This document shows, one piece after another, positions 19,582 through 24,106 of a stretch of 24,106 nucleotides of DNA. Every line of letters begins with the position of its first letter. Within the stretch, counting starts at the first letter, position 1. The notes under the pieces are model-generated. The model saw nothing but the letters and a program-made list of their open reading frames with translations. It did not search any database and was not told where the DNA came from. This DNA is from Candidatus Eiseniibacteriota bacterium (GTDB lineage: Bacteria > ARS69): NCBI GenBank assembly GCA_052390515.1, contig JBQTGV010000147.1:1-24106 (forward strand), written 5' to 3'. A program made the position numbers and the translations under genes.

Positions 19582-21086
19582 CAGAGGTCGTACAGCGCAC
19601 CGTACTTCGATGTGACGTACGCGACGAACGGCGCGGTCGAAGGCTCGCGGCCGGTGGCGCGCCGGATCAGCTCGGCGGCGGGATACGTGCGTCCCGGCGC
19701 GTGCACCTTTCGCCGCAGCCAGCCGAGCACCGGCGCGAAGTCCCCCCGTGCGATCTTGCCGTCGATCCCGCGGATGTCCCTTCGCATGCGCTCCCAGAGC
19801 TGCGCCGCGTACAGGTTGCCGAGCGAGTAGGTCGGGAAGTACCCGAACAGCCCCGTCGCCCAGTGGATGTCCTGGAGCACGCCCTCGGAATCCCTGCGCG
19901 GGACGACGCCGAGCAGGTCCTTCATCTTGCGGTTCCACACCTCGGGAAGGTCCTTCGTCTGGATCGAGCCGTCGCACAGCCCCTTCTCGATCTCGTAGCG
20001 CAGGATGACGTGCAGGTTGTAGGTGACCTCGTCGGCTTCCACGCGGATGAACGAGGGCACCACTTCGTTCAACGCGAAGTGCAGGTCGGCGAGCTTCACG
20101 CCGCGCGTGGCCTGCGGAAACGCCTTGCGCAGCTTGGGCAGGAAGTGCGTCCAGAACGGCAGGCTTCGCCCGATGGTGTTCTCCCACATGCGGCTCTGGG
20201 ACTCGTGCACGCCGAGCGAGACGGCGTGGCCCAGCGGCGTGCGCATGAGGCGCGGATCGAAGCCCTGCTCGTACATTCCATGTCCAGCCTCGTGGATCAC
20301 GCCGTAGAGACAGACGCGAAGGTCGTGCTCGTCGACGCGCGTGGTGAGGCGGACGTCGCGGACGCCGAAGCCGGAGCAGAAGGGGTGCATGGACAGATCC
20401 AGCCGCCCCCGCGCGAAGTCGAAGCCCATCTTCTCCACGACCTCGCGGCTGAAGGTCAACTGCGCGGCCTCGGGGAAGAGGCGGGTGACGATGCGGCGGT
20501 CGGGGCGCCGCCGAGAGCGACGGATCTTCTGCACGAGCGCGACCGAGGTCTCGCGGACCTCGGCGAAGAGCGGATCCAGCCGGCGGACGGTGGCGCCGGG
20601 CTCGTAGTCGTCGAGCAGCGCGTCGTAGGGTACGTCACGGTAGCCGATCACGTCGGCGAGCCTCCTCTTGAGGCGGACCACCGTGGCCAGCCGGCCGGCG
20701 AAGTCCCGCCAGCGGTTCGAGCGGTACGCGCCGCGCCAGGCGGCGAGCCCGGCTGCCTCGGCCCGCGCCAGCTCCTTGACGAGATCCGCCGGGATCTTCA
20801 CCGCGCGGAGGTGATCGCGGCGGGCTTCGCGGATCATCGCGCTCTCCCGCGCGGGGAGCCGGCCGCTCTTCGCGGCCGCCGACAGCGCCCTGCGGAACGC
20901 CGGCGCCACGAGCTTCTCGTGCGCCACGCCGGCCAGCGTGGCGAGCTGCTGGCCCCGCGCCTCCGCGCCTTCGCCCGGCATCTGCGTCTCCTGGTCCCAC
21001 TCGAGCAGCGACGCCGCCTTCTTCACGTCCTCGAACTCGCGCCAATTCTCGATCAGCGTCTTCATCGTTGCATTCCCCGTGGTCAT
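19581..21086 (-). CDS. Carboxypeptidase, peptidase family M32 (carboxypeptidase Taq-like)
   Basis: LLEWDQETQMP, YDALLDDYEPG, HPF, DVRLTTR, HEAGH (HEXXH), HESQS, IRVEADE, QDIHW and GYFPTYSLGN. Confidence 0.95.
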   Translation of the reverse strand: MTTGNATMKTLIENWREFEDVKKAASLLEWDQETQMPGEGAEARGQQLATLAGVAHEKLVAPAFRRALSAAAKSGRLPARESAMIREARRDHLRAVKIPADLVKELARAEAAGLAAWRGAYRSNRWRDFAGRLATVVRLKRRLADVIGYRDVPYDALLDDYEPGATVRRLDPLFAEVRETSVALVQKIRRSRRRPDRRIVTRLFPEAAQLTFSREVVEKMGFDFARGRLDLSMHPFCSGFGVRDVRLTTRVDEHDLRVCLYGVIHEAGHGMYEQGFDPRLMRTPLGHAVSLGVHESQSRMWENTIGRSLPFWTHFLPKLRKAFPQATRGVKLADLHFALNEVVPSFIRVEADEVTYNLHVILRYEIEKGLCDGSIQTKDLPEVWNRKMKDLLGVVPRRDSEGVLQDIHWATGLFGYFPTYSLGNLYAAQLWERMRRDIRGIDGKIARGDFAPVLGWLRRKVHAPGRTYPAAELIRRATGREPSTAPFVAYVTSKYGALYDL

Positions 21087-21087
21087 C

Positions 21088-21924
21088 TCATCCTCTCCCT
21101 GCAAGGTACGCGAGCCCCGTGCCGACGTTGGCGACGAAACCCGCGAGCGTGAGCGCCATCAAGAGGACGCCGAAGAGCTCGGCCCCGCGTCCCTCCGGGC
21201 GGCCGATGGAGCGACGAAACACGGTGGCCGTGATCCAGCCGCCCGCGAATCCGCCGACGTGGGCGAAGTTGTCCACGCCAGGGAAGATGAAACCCATGAG
21301 CCCGAGCACGATCGCGTAGGTCCAGATCTGCCGGGTCATGAGCGAGGCTCCGACGGCGCGCCCGTACACGATCATCGCGGCCATGAGCCCGAAGAGCGAT
21401 CCGGAGGCCCCGACGGACGGCGGCCCTGGAACCAGGTCGGAGAGCAGGAAGCCGACCCCCCCGGCCAAGCTCCAGATGACGAAGAAGCGCCACGGCCCGA
21501 AGGCTCGCTGCAGCTCCGTTCCCAGCGACCGCGTCCACATCAAGTTGAACAGGATGTGCAGAACGCCGCCGTGCAGGTAGATCGCGGTGAGCACGGTCCA
21601 CCAGCGCCCGGTCAGCAGGTCGAAGGACGCCGTGGAGCCGAGGAAGCGGAGCGCGCCAGGGTCGGGAGAGAGCAGGCCGAACACGGATCCGCCGGCGCGG
21701 AGGATGGCGCGCGGCTCCATCGCCAGCGCCACGACGTAGAGGCCGATGCACGTGGCGGTGATGACGGACACGGGGTCGATGCGGCCGAAGAAGCGCTGGA
21801 TGCCGGGGCCGTAGCCCCACAGCCCGGGCCGCGCCGCGCCGCAGAAGGGGCAGCGCTCCACCGAGACGGAGATCAGCTTCCTGCAGCTCGGGCACAGCAT
21901 CGCGCCCTGGGTCTGGCGAAGCAT
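21088..21924 (-). CDS. Rhomboid family intramembrane serine protease with N-terminal zinc ribbon
   Basis: CPSC...CPFC at the N-terminus; HGGVLHILFN; catalytic GASG and DNFAHVGG. ATG 21924 after GGGGAG. Confidence 0.9.
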   Translation of the reverse strand: MLRQTQGAMLCPSCRKLISVSVERCPFCGAARPGLWGYGPGIQRFFGRIDPVSVITATCIGLYVVALAMEPRAILRAGGSVFGLLSPDPGALRFLGSTASFDLLTGRWWTVLTAIYLHGGVLHILFNLMWTRSLGTELQRAFGPWRFFVIWSLAGGVGFLLSDLVPGPPSVGASGSLFGLMAAMIVYGRAVGASLMTRQIWTYAIVLGLMGFIFPGVDNFAHVGGFAGGWITATVFRRSIGRPEGRGAELFGVLLMALTLAGFVANVGTGLAYLAGRG

Positions 21925-21951
21925 GCACGCTCCCCGGGACAAGCTCCCGGC

Positions 21952-22017
21952 AACCTACGACGGCCCCGGGTAGCGGGGCAAGCGCGACTTGCCGGAGCCC
22001 CCGGCGGCGTCTATGCT
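21952..22017. promoter_or_regulatory. Divergent back-to-back sigma70-like promoters
   Basis: Plus strand: TTGCCG (21989-21994)-N17-TATGCT (22012-22017). Minus strand: TTGCCC (21981-21976)-N18-TAGGTT (21957-21952). Confidence 0.5.
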
Positions 22018-22024
22018 CGGCGCC

Positions 22025-23089
22025 ATGCGCAAGGCGTCGAAGGATTTCCTGGTGAAGCTGCTGGACGAGCCGGCCCCGAGCGGCTTCGAGGCGAAGGCCC
22101 AGCGCATCTGGCGCTCGTACGTCACTCCCCTGGCCGATCGCGTCGAGGTGGACGTCTACGGAAACCACACCGCCGTTCTCGACGGCAAGAGCGACGTGTC
22201 CGTGATGATCGTCGGCCACAGCGACGAGATCGGGCTCATCGTCCGCCGCGTCGACGAGCGCGGCGTGCTCTGGTTCGGCAAGATCGGCGGCGTCGATCCG
22301 GCGGTGCTGCCCGGCACGCGCGTGCGCATCCTCACGAAGAAGGGCGTCGTACAGGGTGTGATCGGGCACCCGGCGATCCATCTGCTGCCGCCCGGAGACA
22401 CGTCCAAGAAACCGAAGCTCGAGGACCTGGCGATCGACGTCGGCGCGAAGAACCAGCGCGAGGCATCGGCGCTCGTCTCCGTGGGGGATCCCGTCGTCTT
22501 CGGCGAGGACTTCCGGGAGCTGGCCAACGGCTTCGCCAGTCACCGCGCGTTCGACAACCGCATGGGTTGCTGGGTGGTCGCGGAGATGCTGCGCAAGCTG
22601 TCCGCCGCGAAGGGCCGGAAGGCGAAGGTGTACGCCGTCTCCTCCGTGCAGGAGGAGACCGGAGTGTGGGGAGCGGGACTCGTCGCCGACCGCTATCTGC
22701 CCACGCTGGCCATCGCCGTGGACGTGTGCCACGACACGACCACTCCCGGCATCTCCAAGTCGGCGCAGCCGGACGTGGCCTGTGGGAAAGGGCCGGCTAT
22801 CACGCGCGGCATCCGCACGAGCCGCGTCGTCTCGGACATGATGGAGGCGGCTGCGCGCGCCGCGCGCATCAAGGTACAGATCGAGATCGACGAGGGCGCG
22901 ACGTGGACGGACGCGGACCCCATCTCGCAGCGGCGCACCGGGATTCCCGTCGGCATCGTCTGCGTGCCGTGCCGGTACATGCACACGCCCTGCGAGGTCA
23001 TCCACCTCGGCGACCTCGAGCAGACCGCGGATCTGCTCGCGAGCTTCGTGCTGAGGCTTCCGGCGAAGATCGATCTCACGCCGCGGTGA
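22025..23089 (+). CDS. M42 family metallo-aminopeptidase (TET/FrvX-like)
   Basis: APSGFE, GHSDEIG, IGGVD, IDVGA, AFDNR, VQEETG, AVDV, TDAD and RYMHTPCE metal-ligand motifs. Confidence 0.93.
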   Translation: MRKASKDFLVKLLDEPAPSGFEAKAQRIWRSYVTPLADRVEVDVYGNHTAVLDGKSDVSVMIVGHSDEIGLIVRRVDERGVLWFGKIGGVDPAVLPGTRVRILTKKGVVQGVIGHPAIHLLPPGDTSKKPKLEDLAIDVGAKNQREASALVSVGDPVVFGEDFRELANGFASHRAFDNRMGCWVVAEMLRKLSAAKGRKAKVYAVSSVQEETGVWGAGLVADRYLPTLAIAVDVCHDTTTPGISKSAQPDVACGKGPAITRGIRTSRVVSDMMEAAARAARIKVQIEIDEGATWTDADPISQRRTGIPVGIVCVPCRYMHTPCEVIHLGDLEQTADLLASFVLRLPAKIDLTPR

Positions 23090-23105
23090 CGGGGAGGCCG
23101 AAACG

Positions 23106-23990
23106 ATGCGCTGGATTCCGTGGGCGCTTGCGGCGGTTCTGCTCGTGACGGCGGCGGCCGCCTCCGGGAAGTCCGCGTTCTGGGCCGAGCGGGAGAAGGC
23201 GTACCGGGAGTCTGCGCGCGGGCCGTTCACCGCGGTGCACGCCGAGTACGTGGAGCGGGGAACGGAGGTCCTGCTCTTCGCCTCGGAGGACTCGGTGTGG
23301 GCCGGGGCAGCCGAGGACGCACCGGCCGCGAATGCGGGCCTTCGCCTTGAGCTGGGCGCCGACGGCTTCGTGGTGTCGCCGATCGAGGGACTGAGCGCGC
23401 CGGCGGCGAGCGGCTCGCTCGTCCGCGCGGCGAAGACGTTCGGCGCGACCGCGGACGACGCGGAGGATCTTCGCATCGGGCGGTGGCTCTTGTCCCTCGG
23501 AATGCAGGGCGAGGATCTCGGACGCGTGCTCGTCTACGACCCTCGGCTCCTGGAGTCCTTCGAGGGCTTCTCCGTCTTTCCCGAGAGCGACGCGTTTCGT
23601 GTCGAGGCGCGCGTCGTCGACGCCGGCGGCGCTGCGGTCGAAGTCGGCACGACGCGTGGGCTGGTAAAGCAGCTCGTGCGCGCGGCGGTGCTGGAGTTCG
23701 AGCTGGGTGGCGCTCGCTGCCGCCTCACCGGCTTCCGGGAGCCGGGCGATGCCGCCGACGCGGCGCTCTTCGTCCCGTACAAGGACGCCACGTCCGGCAG
23801 CGAGTCCTACGCCGTCGGCCGCTACCTGCGTGTCGAGCCGGGAGCGGATGGCACCGCCACGGTGGACTTCAACCACTCGACGAACCCGTGGTGCGCGTAC
23901 TCGCCGTTCTGGAACTGTGTGCTGCCGCCTGAGGAGAACGTGCTGGCGGTGGCCGTTCGCGCGGGGGAGCGGGCGCCGGAGGGGCACTGA
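23106..23990 (+). CDS. DUF1684 domain-containing secreted protein
   Basis: GGGGAGG RBS and signal peptide; LFVPYKDATSGSESYAVGRYL...DFNHSTNPWCAYSPFWNCVLPPEEN...VRAGE. Confidence 0.9.
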   Translation: MRWIPWALAAVLLVTAAAASGKSAFWAEREKAYRESARGPFTAVHAEYVERGTEVLLFASEDSVWAGAAEDAPAANAGLRLELGADGFVVSPIEGLSAPAASGSLVRAAKTFGATADDAEDLRIGRWLLSLGMQGEDLGRVLVYDPRLLESFEGFSVFPESDAFRVEARVVDAGGAAVEVGTTRGLVKQLVRAAVLEFELGGARCRLTGFREPGDAADAALFVPYKDATSGSESYAVGRYLRVEPGADGTATVDFNHSTNPWCAYSPFWNCVLPPEENVLAVAVRAGERAPEGH

Positions 23991-24000
23991 CGCAGATGGC

Positions 24001-24023
24001 GGGGAGTAGTTCCCGTACTCCCC
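24001..24023 (+). terminator. Hairpin downstream of the DUF1684 gene
   Basis: ggggagta-gttcccg-tactcccc; close to a low-quality sequence end. Confidence 0.3.
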
Positions 24024-24106
24024 CGCGACGAGGCCGGTAGTGGGGGGTTTTTTTAAAAATTCACACAACAACCAAGAGCCCCCCCACGGAGGACCCCCCC
24101 CCCCGC

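Noticed and set aside
19582-20187. N-terminal 200-aa extension of the CxxC protein
   Set aside because: An out-of-frame shadow within the M32 gene with low-complexity Arg-rich sequence.
24040-24106. Abrupt low-complexity, homopolymer-rich tail (ggggggttttttttaaaaa...ccccccc)
   Set aside because: Looks like a low-quality read or contig-end artefact rather than a biological feature.

Overview
High-GC bacterial chromosomal window with no phage, IS, CRISPR or stable-RNA genes recognisable. The secreted-protein C-termini (FlgD/T9SS-like 'N-x-PNP' Ig tails and an 'SWGxxKxxYR' tail) suggest, by inference, an uncultured FCB-related lineage such as Eisenbacteria, Krumholzibacteriota or Latescibacterota. 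Gene order: a secreted Ig-domain protein with a Cx4C motif; a large secreted Omp28/thioredoxin-like protein; a polyprenol-phosphate-mannose-synthase-like GT2 coupled to a multi-TM GT-C-like/TPR protein; valS; a DUF4139 protein; a RodZ-like protein; a small CPC-motif protein; an IT-superfamily Na+/H+ antiporter-like transporter; a hypothetical protein; arcA with ornithine carbamoyltransferase; an acyl-CoA dehydrogenase; a secreted NHL six-bladed propeller; a second Omp28-like CxxC protein; an M32 carboxypeptidase; a zinc-ribbon rhomboid; an M42 peptidase; and a DUF1684 protein. Main discovery: the ORF track truncates the gene at 1068..2957. Its likely start is ATG 918 (strong RBS, signal peptide), and it reads through an in-frame TGA at 1032-1034 that falls in a U-T-F-C (UxxC) redox motif. 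A SECIS-like hairpin follows, and the TGA aligns exactly with the first Cys of the CGEC motif in a paralogue at 18637..19581. This is a candidate secreted selenoprotein of about 679 aa, apparently co-transcribed with a Cx4C partner.
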